Below, in pieces: positions 1-10,682 of a stretch of DNA of 64,000 nucleotides. The DNA lies in NCBI GenBank assembly GCA_013298895.1, contig JAAFJM010000009.1, forward strand, positions 18,619-82,618. Direction: 5' to 3'. Below the pieces are notes generated by a model. It did not search any database and had not been told where the DNA came from. It saw nothing but the letters and a program-made list of their open reading frames with translations. The position numbers and the translations under genes are program-made. This DNA comes from Bacteroidota bacterium (GTDB lineage: Bacteria > Bacteroidota > Bacteroidia > UKL13-3). Positions within the stretch are counted from its first letter, which is position 1, and the number at the start of each line of letters is the position of its first letter.

Positions 1-631
1 GTTTGTTTCCACTTGTAGACTTTAATTTAGAAAATCTTTTAGCTTCCCATTTAGCATATTCAATGTGTTTTTGTTTCCAATTGACATGATCAAAATTTAC
101 GTTATGCTCAATCTTTTCTGAAATTAATCCCAAACTACCATTTACAATTGGATGTTCATGAATTTCCATATCTAATTTACTCCAATTTTCTTCTTCAATT
201 TTTTCATAAAAACCAAAATTGGTTTGAAAAAGCGCTAATTTTTTTAGTGGGTAGCCAGCTTTAAGCTTATAATCATTCATATAAATTGAATAATTGAGCC
301 AAAAACCTTTATGCTGAGTTAAGGGTAAAATTTCTTTTATTTTTCTTTTAAAATTTTCTGTTAATAATTCATCAGCATCTAAAAAAAGTACCCATTTGGA
401 TTTTGGTGTGAAGTTAAATAAATACCAATTGCGTTTTTTAGGATATTTCCCATCCCAATTGAACTGAATTACATTTGCTCCTAATTCTTTAGCAATTGCT
501 GCTGTATCGTCAGTACTGTTTGAATCTATAACATCAATGTATTTAGCAAAATCCTTACCAATATGATTGATACACTCAGCTATTTGATGAGCCTCATTCT
601 TAACTGGAATTGCAATTGTTAAATCTAACAT
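1..631 (-). CDS. Glycosyltransferase family 2, 3' end runs off the window
   Basis: Not in the ORF track. Hand translation from ATG at 631 gives MLDLTIAIPVKNEAHQIAECI...IDSNSTDDT...WVLFLDADE, with the GT2 N-terminal motif and DxD. The frame stays open to the window edge. Confidence 0.9.
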   Translation of the reverse strand, partial: MLDLTIAIPVKNEAHQIAECINHIGKDFAKYIDVIDSNSTDDTAAIAKELGANVIQFNWDGKYPKKRNWYLFNFTPKSKWVLFLDADELLTENFKRKIKEILPLTQHKGFWLNYSIYMNDYKLKAGYPLKKLALFQTNFGFYEKIEEENWSKLDMEIHEHPIVNGSLGLISEKIEHNVNFDHVNWKQKHIEYAKWEAKRFSKLKSTSGNK

Positions 632-641
632 TTTATTCGTT

Positions 642-1199
642 TTAATTCTTTATTACTCTTTTTTTGATTGGTTTACATGGAAAACCAGCGCAAATGAACC
701 CTTTTGGCATATCATAAATAACTACCGACCTAGCACCTATGATGCAATCATCTTCAATGCTTACACCAGGATGAACAAATGCTTCTGCTGCTATCCAAAC
801 ATTAGATCCAATTGTAATTGGTTTTGTTATGAGTTCAAAACCTTCACTTTCAAAGTTGTGTGTACCTGTACATATATGACTTCCTTGAGAAATAACTGTG
901 TTTTTGCCAATCGAAATTTTATCTTGCGAATAAAGAATGGTGTTATCTCCAATACCGCAAAAATCAGCTAACTCCAAGTTCCAAGGTGCCCAAATTTTTA
1001 CTTTTCCATAAACATGCACTCCCTTTCCAACTTTGGCTTTAAATAATTTCAAAATAAACCTTCTCCATCCATGGAATGGTTTGGGTGAATATTTAAAAAC
1101 TAAGACATAAACGATATTCCAAAAAAGTCGTTTAAATCTATTTGATAAACTGAAAGATGGACCTGTTCTTGTATCTGTATTAACCATCATTACATCCAA
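642..1199 (-). CDS. wcaF: WcaF-like left-handed beta-helix acetyltransferase
   Basis: Hexapeptide repeats (IGKNTVISQGSHICTGTH, IGSNVWIAAEAFVHPGV) and a WAPWNL motif. True start is probably 1190 or 1187. Confidence 0.8.
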   Translation of the reverse strand: MDVMMVNTDTRTGPSFSLSNRFKRLFWNIVYVLVFKYSPKPFHGWRRFILKLFKAKVGKGVHVYGKVKIWAPWNLELADFCGIGDNTILYSQDKISIGKNTVISQGSHICTGTHNFESEGFELITKPITIGSNVWIAAEAFVHPGVSIEDDCIIGARSVVIYDMPKGFICAGFPCKPIKKRVIKN

Positions 1200-1960
1200 A
1201 AATTGGGTAATATTTTTCTAAAAATAGCTCTTAGTAAATAACCTAATCTTTTATCTAAAGACTGGTAGTTAACATTCCAATGCGCCCCATGCCCTACAGG
1301 ACTAACATTTATAGGAAATCGTAATAACACATCTTTGCCCACTTTATTTACAAGTAATAATTTATATAAAAGTGTTTCAAAATGAGTTACGTCAAGTTCT
1401 AACATCAAACTTTTTTTATCAAATAAATTTTCTTTATACCAAAGTATATTGAATATAAAAAGGTTGCTCAGCACATAATTATGTTTCCATTTCCCAAAAT
1501 TGAAATTTCTTGAGTCAGCAATGAATTTATACCTAAGAACCGTTTTTACAAGCAGCGAAGATATTTTTGGAAAGTAAACTCTCCCTGTTGTTTTTATTAT
1601 AAAATCATTATCATTAAGTAAAGTAATTTTATCCAAAATGTTATCTATCAGTTCTAACTCACTGTATCCATAATGCAAACCTTCTGGAACTTTTGATGCA
1701 ATAGCTTGAATGATTTGATATTTTCTATTATAAATATTTTCTTTTATAAATACAGTTTCTATTTCAGTTAAATCGTAGCCCGAATTTTCCGCAAAAATGA
1801 TTGAAGTTATGGAGTCATCATTATGATGAAGCCAAAGTTTCAAAGCCGTTTTATAATCTTCTAATCTGATTAAAGTATCATTTCTGTGTACCTTATCTTT
1901 AAATTGTGTTGGTTCAATACAAGCAGTTAATAATAAACCAATTTTAAACTTATTATTCAT
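1190..1960 (-). CDS. Hypothetical protein of polysaccharide loci, possibly GT-like
   Basis: 256-aa ORF abutting its neighbours in the operon. Motifs LLLTACI, FAENSGY, IKTTGR. No family assigned. Confidence 0.6.
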   Translation of the reverse strand: MNNKFKIGLLLTACIEPTQFKDKVHRNDTLIRLEDYKTALKLWLHHNDDSITSIIFAENSGYDLTEIETVFIKENIYNRKYQIIQAIASKVPEGLHYGYSELELIDNILDKITLLNDNDFIIKTTGRVYFPKISSLLVKTVLRYKFIADSRNFNFGKWKHNYVLSNLFIFNILWYKENLFDKKSLMLELDVTHFETLLYKLLLVNKVGKDVLLRFPINVSPVGHGAHWNVNYQSLDKRLGYLLRAIFRKILPNFWM

Positions 1961-1963
1961 TTG

Positions 1964-3127
1964 TTAATGGCACAATAAAATGGCATGTAGCCTTTTAGCA
2001 TATAAATGAGGCTTGTAATTATTTTCGTATGTTTTCATCGCATTGATACACATTTGTTCATATTCATATTGTGATAATTTGCAAAATGAATTAATTACTT
2101 TTATTAAATTCTCTTCAGTGTCATCTTCAGCCAATCCAGCTTTATTCGATACTATTTCAGTCCAAATATTAACCTGTTTTGATAAAAGTACAGGAATTCC
2201 CAAACCAAGTGACTCTGCAACTGAAATACCAAAATTTTCTTGATGACTCCATAAAATCATAGCTTTGGCATTGGCTAATAACTTCCATTTTTCCTCACCA
2301 GAAACCATTTCTTTTAGTTCAACATGATTCCCTAGAACATCACTTTCATTAACTAACCTTTGAATATATTGTCCATATGGAGCATCTAATCCTGGTCCAG
2401 CAATCACTAATTTTGGAAATTTACTGTTTTCTTGAAGTAATTTTTTATAAGTGTTTATGATGGTATCAATTCCTTTTTTTTCATCGTATCGTCCTAAAAA
2501 AATAAAATAGTCCTTATTACCTGTTTGCTTGAATGTATTGATGGGCACATCAATTCCATAACCTAAATTCAAGGTTTGTTTAGGTTTATAATTTGCAAAA
2601 GTTTTGGAAGCAATATTTTTTTCTTCTTCCGATGTAAATATTAAACCATCTGCAATTGCCACATTTTTATGTTCAACTAAATGCCAATAAAAGAAATTTC
2701 TAAAAGCTTTAAGTTTTCTGGTTTTATTACTTTGAAAATAACCATCCAGCATTCCATGCGGATAAATAAAATATTTTGTTTTAAACAGTTCGTTTGTTTT
2801 TCTTAATGTGTTTACTGCTTTTGATACTGCATAAGTGTGGTAAAGCCAAATTCCATGAACTATTATTGCATCATAATTTATTAAGTTATTTAACAACCAA
2901 TTGTACAGCTTTGAATTGTATTGCCAAGGTGTTTTATTTTCGTTTAAGGCAATTATATTTAAAGATGTTTTTTTTATAAATTCATCATTTATATTATCCA
3001 AACAAACTATAGTTGTTTCAATATTTAATTCATCCAAATAAGGTGTTATATATTTTATTCCATTTGGAGGTCCACCTGTTTTAGGATCCATGCTTGAAAT
3101 AATACGTAAGAGTTTTATTTTTTTCAT
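1964..3127 (-). CDS. Glycosyltransferase family 4
   Basis: GGP N-terminal motif, FLGRYDEKKG, and ENFGISVAESL (GT-B E-x7-E). Confidence 0.92.
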   Translation of the reverse strand: MKKIKLLRIISSMDPKTGGPPNGIKYITPYLDELNIETTIVCLDNINDEFIKKTSLNIIALNENKTPWQYNSKLYNWLLNNLINYDAIIVHGIWLYHTYAVSKAVNTLRKTNELFKTKYFIYPHGMLDGYFQSNKTRKLKAFRNFFYWHLVEHKNVAIADGLIFTSEEEKNIASKTFANYKPKQTLNLGYGIDVPINTFKQTGNKDYFIFLGRYDEKKGIDTIINTYKKLLQENSKFPKLVIAGPGLDAPYGQYIQRLVNESDVLGNHVELKEMVSGEEKWKLLANAKAMILWSHQENFGISVAESLGLGIPVLLSKQVNIWTEIVSNKAGLAEDDTEENLIKVINSFCKLSQYEYEQMCINAMKTYENNYKPHLYAKRLHAILLCH

Positions 3128-3796
3128 TTAATAAACAAAACCTTCTGATCTTGTAAAATATTTCGAATTGGGATTAAGCGCTTTAACTGATTTAGCAGGC
3201 ACGCCACCATACAAAAAATGAGAATCTTTAAATTCTTTATTGAGCAACGATTTCGCACCCAAAACTGAAAAGGATGGTAAACAAGCTCCGCCAATTATTA
3301 CCACATTGGTACTTACAAAACAATAATCACCAATAAAAATTGGACTGCTATCTTGTCTGTTTTCTTCAATATTTATTGAATGAGTAAGCAGTTGCGATTG
3401 ATATCCAGCAATGGTTGTAAACTTTCCAATTTTTATTTGATTAGTACAATCAAAATGATGATTTTTAGTTATTGCGGAATGTTCGCCAACAATAAGTTCT
3501 GGAGTTCTATTGGGTTGATGAATAAAGTGCTTACTTTTTTTGTTAATGCTAAATCCTGTAATCCAATTTCCACGGCCAATTTTTGCATCGTTTTGTAAAT
3601 GGATTTTATTTAAATGTATAGCTATATTAAAATGACCAATCATACTATTGCTTTCCATGATTAAATGATCTGGAAATATCCATGAAAAGCCGACACGTGC
3701 GGTTGGATGAATTTTATACCCCAATAATTTTTGAAGCAAAAATCGTTTTATAAACCATGGTTGAATAACAATAAATGCCTGAATTATTTTTTTCAT
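3128..3796 (-). CDS. Left-handed beta-helix acyltransferase
   Basis: Hexapeptide-like repeats (IKIGKFTTIAG, IFIGDYCFVST) and C-terminal YGGVPAK. Confidence 0.8.
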   Translation of the reverse strand: MKKIIQAFIVIQPWFIKRFLLQKLLGYKIHPTARVGFSWIFPDHLIMESNSMIGHFNIAIHLNKIHLQNDAKIGRGNWITGFSINKKSKHFIHQPNRTPELIVGEHSAITKNHHFDCTNQIKIGKFTTIAGYQSQLLTHSINIEENRQDSSPIFIGDYCFVSTNVVIIGGACLPSFSVLGAKSLLNKEFKDSHFLYGGVPAKSVKALNPNSKYFTRSEGFVY

Positions 3797-4944
3797 TGAT
3801 GGATGGTTTTATAAAAATCTATATAATTATTTACCATTTTTTTCGTGGTATATTTTTGAGCATTTTCAAAACCTTTTTGTATTAAATTGTCCCTTAATAA
3901 AGAATCGTTTAATGATAGAAATGAATTTACAAAATCCAGCTCATAAATTGGATTTGCGGTTATAACACCATTTCCACCGATTTCAGGCAATGGTTCTATA
4001 TTGGAACAAATTACTGGTGTGCCACAAGTTTGAGCTTCAATTATTGGCCATCCAAAACCTTCAGATAAGGATGGGAATACCAAAGCATCACATTGGTTAT
4101 AAAGTAAATTTAACAATTCATGATTTGGGTTTTGAATAAAATAAATTCTATCACTTACTCCTACATCTGCTGCTAGTTGTAATAGATGGTTATCAGGTTT
4201 TTGTCCTGCAAAACATAAAAGCCCATCATAATTATTTCTTAATTTACTAAGCATTTTGACTAGTAAAACTCTATTTTTTCTTGCTAAGTTTGAACCTACA
4301 TGTAAAATGTATTTTTGAGAGGGGAAATTGGAATATTTCTGAATTAATTTATGAACTTCCGCTATCTCTAATTTTTTAAAATCAGCATTTAATCCATTGT
4401 AAATAACTTGGTATTTATTTTGAAAATGATTAGCTCCTAATGCTATAAATTGATTTTTTGTGTTTTGTGAGACAAAAGCAATGTTTATATTCTTTTTTAA
4501 GTTTTTGAGTATAAAATGCTGTAATAATTTACCAAAACCACTTGCTTCACAATAGGCATCTTTAAAACCTAACGCACCTCTAATAGCTAATACATCATGA
4601 CAAGTAATTAGTATTTTATTTAAAGGAAATAATGGAATATAAATTGAATTGGAGTGATCACAAATATGGTAAATACAATTTATTTGAGTCAGTTTATGAA
4701 TGAGTACTTTTATATAAAAAAAAATAGTTGTAATAATGTACTTGTCAATATAGCCAAACCATTTCCCAATACCTTTATTGGTATTTTTCACAAAATATCC
4801 AAAGCAAACATTTGGCTTCCAAATCTCCAATTCAAATCCTTCGTTTTTTAAACCAAGAACTAAAATATTTAAAAAACTATTCATGCTAACTTGTTTGTCG
4901 CATGTATAATTTCCAATCAAAATGACTTTAAAGTTGTTCATCAA
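3793..4944 (-). CDS. Glycosyltransferase family 4
   Basis: LHVGSNLARKN and FPSLSEGFGWPIIEAQTCGTPVI. Confidence 0.92.
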   Translation of the reverse strand: MMNNFKVILIGNYTCDKQVSMNSFLNILVLGLKNEGFELEIWKPNVCFGYFVKNTNKGIGKWFGYIDKYIITTIFFYIKVLIHKLTQINCIYHICDHSNSIYIPLFPLNKILITCHDVLAIRGALGFKDAYCEASGFGKLLQHFILKNLKKNINIAFVSQNTKNQFIALGANHFQNKYQVIYNGLNADFKKLEIAEVHKLIQKYSNFPSQKYILHVGSNLARKNRVLLVKMLSKLRNNYDGLLCFAGQKPDNHLLQLAADVGVSDRIYFIQNPNHELLNLLYNQCDALVFPSLSEGFGWPIIEAQTCGTPVICSNIEPLPEIGGNGVITANPIYELDFVNSFLSLNDSLLRDNLIQKGFENAQKYTTKKMVNNYIDFYKTIHQ

Positions 4945-4951
4945 TTACCTA

Positions 4952-6241
4952 TTAAGTTTGCTCATACTTAAATGATGCTATCAAAAGTCCACAAACCAAA
5001 ACACAAAATCCTAATGAAGTTGGTTGAGACCAGCCGCCTTGAGGTAAAATAAAAAGTGTAAACGATAACAATATCCATGGAAGTATATCATTAATTTTCA
5101 AATATTGCCAAGCCCATGAAGTTAATTTAGCGGTCATTAACAACCTAATTAAAATGATGGCTATGCCAAGTATTGGACCCAATTCACCAATTAATCTTCC
5201 CCATTCTCCCTCTGAAATAAGGAAAGCTCTTTTATTTGTTAAAATACTACTTCCAACATTTGTTCCGTAGCCCAAACCATATCCTAAAAATGGTTGATTG
5301 GTTGATGAACTTAAAGCATTTATTAAACCACCTAAATACCTATCAAGAAAAACAGATTCAATGCCACCTTCTGCAGTATTGGCTCTTTCAAGTCTGGTAG
5401 AAAAAGCTTCAATTCCTATTGAAAATATATCGAATAAACTCAATAATAACGCTAATGCAGAAAAACCTAAAATCATAGTTATTCCCTTATTGCTATTTTG
5501 TTTAATAATATTTGCTCCAATTATGGTAAATCCAAAACTTATCATTATTTGAAACAGTAAACTTCTACTAATTGAAAAAGGAATGGAGGCCAGCAATGCA
5601 GCTGTGGCCAATGATAAAACAACTCTGTTTATTTTTTTTGATTCAATCCAAAAGTAAAAAACAAACACTGCAACTAAACTAAAAAAAGAGGTGGTTCCAC
5701 TTGTAAACGAAAATGTTCCTGGGGGCCTTAAATAGCCCATTGCTCCGCTAAAACCTCCACCAATTGCATCGCCTATACCTTTGTTAACCCAAGCTGTTTG
5801 AGGACTAAAAAACTGAACTGCAATTAATAGTGCCATTGGAATAGAAATGTATAAAATTACTTTACCCATTTTTATAACATCTTCCTTATTAAAAACGGTT
5901 CCAATTAAAAATATCATTGGAAAATGAATTATAAAAATTCTAGCTCCATACAACGCTACAATAATATTACCATGGCCGGTTATCATGGTTGCAATAAAGC
6001 TCACAGCAACAATACTTAACATATAGAATATATAACTATTAAAGTATACAACTCTGTTAAAGCTTGCCGAAAAGAATAAATAAAGAACCAATGGATCTCT
6101 AATTAACAATAATGGATTTGCTAATTGGGGTAATATCCATTTTCGTAAAGCTCCTTCAAATACTAATAAAATAAAGTATAACCAAATTCCATTTTTTAAA
6201 TTGGTTAAACTGTCATTTTTATTTAGATTTAGATGATTCAA
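4952..6241 (-). CDS. Polytopic membrane protein, Wzy polymerase / O-antigen ligase-like
   Basis: About ten hydrophobic segments, a large loop (RPPGTFSF) and GYGLGYGT before the last helices. Lies inside the GT operon. Confidence 0.65.
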   Translation of the reverse strand: MNHLNLNKNDSLTNLKNGIWLYFILLVFEGALRKWILPQLANPLLLIRDPLVLYLFFSASFNRVVYFNSYIFYMLSIVAVSFIATMITGHGNIIVALYGARIFIIHFPMIFLIGTVFNKEDVIKMGKVILYISIPMALLIAVQFFSPQTAWVNKGIGDAIGGGFSGAMGYLRPPGTFSFTSGTTSFFSLVAVFVFYFWIESKKINRVVLSLATAALLASIPFSISRSLLFQIMISFGFTIIGANIIKQNSNKGITMILGFSALALLLSLFDIFSIGIEAFSTRLERANTAEGGIESVFLDRYLGGLINALSSSTNQPFLGYGLGYGTNVGSSILTNKRAFLISEGEWGRLIGELGPILGIAIILIRLLMTAKLTSWAWQYLKINDILPWILLSFTLFILPQGGWSQPTSLGFCVLVCGLLIASFKYEQT

Positions 6242-6295
6242 TTGGTTAAATATTTTATGTTGATTTTATAAACTAGCAGGTAAATCAATAGTTGA

Positions 6296-7357
6296 TTAAT
6301 TTTTAATTTCTTGTGGTCTTTCATTGGTTAATGGTTTTTCAAAATATTTATAAATGAGGGCTGAAATAATAATTGTTGCCATTAATCCAATTAACTTAGA
6401 TACCAAATTGCCTATTCCATTTATCCTGATGACAGATGTTAAATAATAGGCGGTAAACATTACCGGAATATGGCTTAAATAAATAGAGTAAGACCATAAG
6501 CTTACATTTTGAATACCAACCTTCAACCATTTTAAATGTTTAAAAGTAAAATTCATTTTTTCTACTTTTGGCATTATTAAGGCAAAAGCTAAAGGTGTTA
6601 ACATCAAAAACAATTGTCCACTTCTTATTTCCTCATATTTTATATTTGAAAAATGAACTTGTTTAATGCAATAAAATAATAAGATACAACCAACCACTAA
6701 CATATAGTTTGAAAGGTTTTTGCTGTTATTTTTTGTGTTTATAATAAACGATGCTGCCACACCGTAAACAATTGCATCTAATCTTGCTAAAGTTATGCCT
6801 CTTAATGAATGACCAACGTATTGTTCAATTAAATAATACCTAATAATAATAGATACTATTGTGAAGAAAAATAGGGTAATAGTAAATGTAACTTTTTTCG
6901 AAAATCTTAAAATTGATAGTAATAAAAGCACTAAAGGAAATAACAAATAAAACCATTCTTCAATACACAAACTCCACGAAACACTGTAAAATTCTTCTTC
7001 TCTTGCTATAAAATTTTGTATAAAAAATATTGATTTTAAAATGGTTTCAAAACCAGTAAACTGTTTAGTCCAAAACCATTGAAACACTATCATTACCAAT
7101 AAAAACAAATAATAATTTGGAATTGTTCGCCACCATCTTCTTTTCCAAAAATTGGTAACTAATTTTATATTATATGTTTTACTTGAATTATAATTTTCCC
7201 AAATTATTTTCCCAATTAAATAACCACTTAATGCAAAAAATAATTCTACTCCCCAAAAACCAATAGAATCGAATACTTTAGCAAAATGGGCGAGCAATAC
7301 AAATCCAATTGCAAATGTCCTAAGCAAATCTAATCCAAAACTTCGGGTACTACTCAT
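6296..7357 (-). CDS. Acyltransferase family 3 (OafA-like) membrane O-acyltransferase
   Basis: GLDLLR, GVELFFALSGYLI, RRWWRTIP, SWSLCIEEWFY and SYSIYLSH motifs. Confidence 0.92.
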   Translation of the reverse strand: MSSTRSFGLDLLRTFAIGFVLLAHFAKVFDSIGFWGVELFFALSGYLIGKIIWENYNSSKTYNIKLVTNFWKRRWWRTIPNYYLFLLVMIVFQWFWTKQFTGFETILKSIFFIQNFIAREEEFYSVSWSLCIEEWFYLLFPLVLLLLSILRFSKKVTFTITLFFFTIVSIIIRYYLIEQYVGHSLRGITLARLDAIVYGVAASFIINTKNNSKNLSNYMLVVGCILLFYCIKQVHFSNIKYEEIRSGQLFLMLTPLAFALIMPKVEKMNFTFKHLKWLKVGIQNVSLWSYSIYLSHIPVMFTAYYLTSVIRINGIGNLVSKLIGLMATIIISALIYKYFEKPLTNERPQEIKN

Positions 7358-8594
7358 TGCTTAAATTTTGTTTTATAAATAAGGCTAACTCACTTGCATA
7401 TTTGTGCCATGGTCTTTCTTTGGCGGTGTTTTGAGCATTTATCTTTATTTGATCTAACTGTTCTCTGTTATCAATTATGTTTTGAATTACCTGAATCATT
7501 GCGTTCGAATCTCCTGGTTCTACAATCCATCCATTTTTCCCATGAATTATAAAATCTTTACCTGCTGTATGGTTTGTAGTAATTACTGGCATTCCTTGCG
7601 ACATAGCTTCACTTATAACCATTCCAAATCCTTCAAATAAAGAAGGAAATAGTAGTATATCGTGCTGCTGCATTTGCGCTAATATTTCATTGTGAGGTAA
7701 ACTTGGAATCCAAGTATAATTTTTTAAATTATTATCTAGTTCCTTACATTCATTCGAAGTTTTACGTCCAATGATGGTTAGTTCTGTGTGTTTACCAAAA
7801 TAATTAGCAGTTTCAAATACTTCTGCAATTCCTTTTCGTTGTGTTAAACCGCCTACAAATAATAACTTTAATGGTTTACTTGTTTTTTCTTTGAATGGGT
7901 TTCTTGTTGTAACTTCTGGGAAACCATAAGGAATAACTGTTACTTTATTTAATGGATTTGGATATAAATTTAACGTATCATTGGTAAAACTACTTGCCAC
8001 AATTATATGATCAGCAAGTGCCAATTCTTCATCCTTTTTAGCTAATTTATTATCTGAATTTAACAGCCCAGTAAGCGTACTTGCATAAAGTGGTTGGCGT
8101 TCTTTTTCAATTGCTAATATTTGGCTTCCCATGCGCCAATATCCAATTGATAAATCATAAAAGTTAGTCAAGCCAATTTGTTTTGATTTAATAAAAGATT
8201 GTAATGCTGCGTCTTCATAAGCATAAATGGCTTTAGCTCCTTTACTTTGCTGTTGCCCTATTTTTTTACTTACCCAATAATCATGATTTGAATAAACTCC
8301 ATCTACACTAAATTTACCAAATTCATGTTTTATTAAACTTTCCCAATTCATTTTCATGCTTAGTTGGCGCATGAGTTCATGGTAAGGATTAGTATTTGTA
8401 AATGGTTTCAAATCGTTATCAAAAACTCGTTTTCTAAGTTCAGCTAGTTTTGAAAATCTCCCAATTTTATATAAAAAATCATTTTCAAAGCAAGCAATAC
8501 TTGTATAAAACGATTGCAGTATTCGAGCTTGAATTAATCCAGAAGCCACATACCTTACAAATTGATTACCAGTTGGGTGAGATAAAATTACCAT
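7350..8594 (-). CDS. Glycosyltransferase family 4
   Basis: LFVGGLTQRKG and FPSLFEGFGMVISEAMSQGMPVITT. Confidence 0.92.
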   Translation of the reverse strand: MVILSHPTGNQFVRYVASGLIQARILQSFYTSIACFENDFLYKIGRFSKLAELRKRVFDNDLKPFTNTNPYHELMRQLSMKMNWESLIKHEFGKFSVDGVYSNHDYWVSKKIGQQQSKGAKAIYAYEDAALQSFIKSKQIGLTNFYDLSIGYWRMGSQILAIEKERQPLYASTLTGLLNSDNKLAKKDEELALADHIIVASSFTNDTLNLYPNPLNKVTVIPYGFPEVTTRNPFKEKTSKPLKLLFVGGLTQRKGIAEVFETANYFGKHTELTIIGRKTSNECKELDNNLKNYTWIPSLPHNEILAQMQQHDILLFPSLFEGFGMVISEAMSQGMPVITTNHTAGKDFIIHGKNGWIVEPGDSNAMIQVIQNIIDNREQLDQIKINAQNTAKERPWHKYASELALFIKQNLSNE

Positions 8595-8597
8595 AAA

Positions 8598-9671
8598 TTA
8601 ATTTCCTTGTAAAACTAATTTCCATTTATCAATCAAAACCTCAGATGCATATTTTTTATGGTATGCTTCAATTTGTTTTTGATAAATAAACTCTTTATTG
8701 ATTAAGTTATCGGTAAAATTTTTTAAGTGTGTTATCAAAACAGTATTATTAGTGCCTTTCGGTAGTAAATAATTAAAATGTTCATCAACTCGTAGTTCTT
8801 TAATACCACCTCTATCAGTGGCAATCCAAGGTAAACCCGCACTCATAACTTCAAGTAAACTAATTGGTAAACCTTCTGGATGTGTTGAATACAAAATAAA
8901 AGCATCAATGGTATTTAATGCAATGGTGAGTTCTTCTTTGTTTTTAAAAGAACCCATGTAGTTTAAATTTGGATAGTTTTTAAAATAGTTTTCATCGTAC
9001 GTTTTACCCTCACCCCAAATATAAAATTCTATATTTTTAAGTTCTAAAGTATTTGAAAGTTCACAAATACTTTCAATACCTTTCTCTTTAATTAAACGTC
9101 CTATATATCCAATTTTTATTTTTTTAAAATCAATTGGCATTCTTTCAATATTAATTGTTCTCGAAAAACAAGGAATAGAAATTACCTTTCTGTTTAAAAC
9201 TTCTTTCATGAGTTTAGCATTGTATTGCGCACAAGCTATAACCACGGTTGCATTTTGTAACGTTCTTAAATATTGCTTAGTCCAAGTTTTTTGGTCATTT
9301 TCATCACCAGAGGTATGATGATGATGAACCCAATTTTTGATATTAAATAAGAATTTTTTAATTAAATAAATACTGTTTCCTTGTCCATTGCTATAAAATG
9401 TAACAAACCTTTTTAAGTTAATTAATGGAATAAGCAATAATAATTTTAAGTACCTAACTAATACATTTGGATGGTTAATTATCCAAACGTTTTCGCAAAC
9501 TTCATGGTAAAAAGAGTGTGTTTGGCTACTTGCTTTTGAATGAAGAACTAATATAGATATTGATAAATTATTATCTTGTTTAAGTTGAATACAAAATTCT
9601 TTTAAATGGCTTTCAATACCTCCATTTTCCAGTATTTGAGTTACAAATATCAATACCTTTTTTTTAGTCAA
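8598..9671 (-). CDS. Glycosyltransferase family 4
   Basis: GGIESH, GYIGRLIKEKG and EGLPISLLEVMSAGLP. Confidence 0.92.
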   Translation of the reverse strand: MTKKKVLIFVTQILENGGIESHLKEFCIQLKQDNNLSISILVLHSKASSQTHSFYHEVCENVWIINHPNVLVRYLKLLLLIPLINLKRFVTFYSNGQGNSIYLIKKFLFNIKNWVHHHHTSGDENDQKTWTKQYLRTLQNATVVIACAQYNAKLMKEVLNRKVISIPCFSRTINIERMPIDFKKIKIGYIGRLIKEKGIESICELSNTLELKNIEFYIWGEGKTYDENYFKNYPNLNYMGSFKNKEELTIALNTIDAFILYSTHPEGLPISLLEVMSAGLPWIATDRGGIKELRVDEHFNYLLPKGTNNTVLITHLKNFTDNLINKEFIYQKQIEAYHKKYASEVLIDKWKLVLQGN

Positions 9672-10677
9672 TTAGATATTCCTTTCCAAATACACGTTCA
9701 AATGATTTTTTAAAGAATCCCAATTTATATATGGCCTTTAAGCCAAAAGAAGTTATTGATGAAATAAACTTATATTTTTGATATTGAAAATAAAGTTTAG
9801 TATTAGCTTTATCAGTAAAGGGATTTTTATTATTTTTTACTGCTAATTTTAATAAATATGTTAAGTTTTTTTTGATTTTATCAGCCTTATCTTTTTTAAT
9901 TGCAGATTCTGGCAAACTATCATATTCCATTAAATCATCATAAGATATAATGTTAATTAATTTACTGAGTACGCTTAATCTAGGATCCTTAGGATTAGGG
10001 TGAATTAAAATTACAGGAATACCCATTCCAATGCATGGCAAAGCGCAATGAATTTTGGTTGTTAATACCAATTTTGCTTGTTCGTATCTTTTAAATAACG
10101 AAAAAGTTAGTTCTGTGTTATCCTCCACATAATTTTCAAATTTCAGAAATCTACTTAATGGATCATGAGAAATTTTAGTAAACCCTTCAGGTATCAGATT
10201 GTTTAATTTTTGCTCAATTTTTAAAGGTATAGGATGATCAATATTATCAACCCAAATAACTTCAGATTTATTTCCTTGAAATGAATTACTATTGTTAAAT
10301 GTTAAGGTTAAACAACTTGAATAATAAGCAGGAATGTCAAATCCACGCATTAGCCAAAGTGTTTTCAAATCTCTGCAACCAATTGGTGCATTTTTTTTAA
10401 AATGCTCTCTGATGCTTTTTATCTTTATAAAATCCGATTTTGCTATATGAACTGAAATATAGAAAGGAATAACTTCGGTGGGTGGTGGGAATTTATCAAA
10501 CTCATGTTGATACCAACCATTGGCAATAAGTAAGCTTGGCACATTGGTTAATGAGCTAAGTTTTTCCCTATTAACAGGTGTAGCACCATTAGGTAAAAAT
10601 TGTTTAGCAGCCAATCCTTGAATTACATCACCTAAATTATTTCTTTTTAAACCTTCTATTTGATAATAATATTTCAC
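9664..10677 (-). CDS. Polysaccharide pyruvyl transferase family protein
   Basis: NLGDVIQ, ANGWY, PIGCRD and TTKIHCALPCIGMGIPV motifs. Confidence 0.85.
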   Translation of the reverse strand: MKYYYQIEGLKRNNLGDVIQGLAAKQFLPNGATPVNREKLSSLTNVPSLLIANGWYQHEFDKFPPPTEVIPFYISVHIAKSDFIKIKSIREHFKKNAPIGCRDLKTLWLMRGFDIPAYYSSCLTLTFNNSNSFQGNKSEVIWVDNIDHPIPLKIEQKLNNLIPEGFTKISHDPLSRFLKFENYVEDNTELTFSLFKRYEQAKLVLTTKIHCALPCIGMGIPVILIHPNPKDPRLSVLSKLINIISYDDLMEYDSLPESAIKKDKADKIKKNLTYLLKLAVKNNKNPFTDKANTKLYFQYQKYKFISSITSFGLKAIYKLGFFKKSFERVFGKEYLID

Positions 10678-10682
10678 TATAA

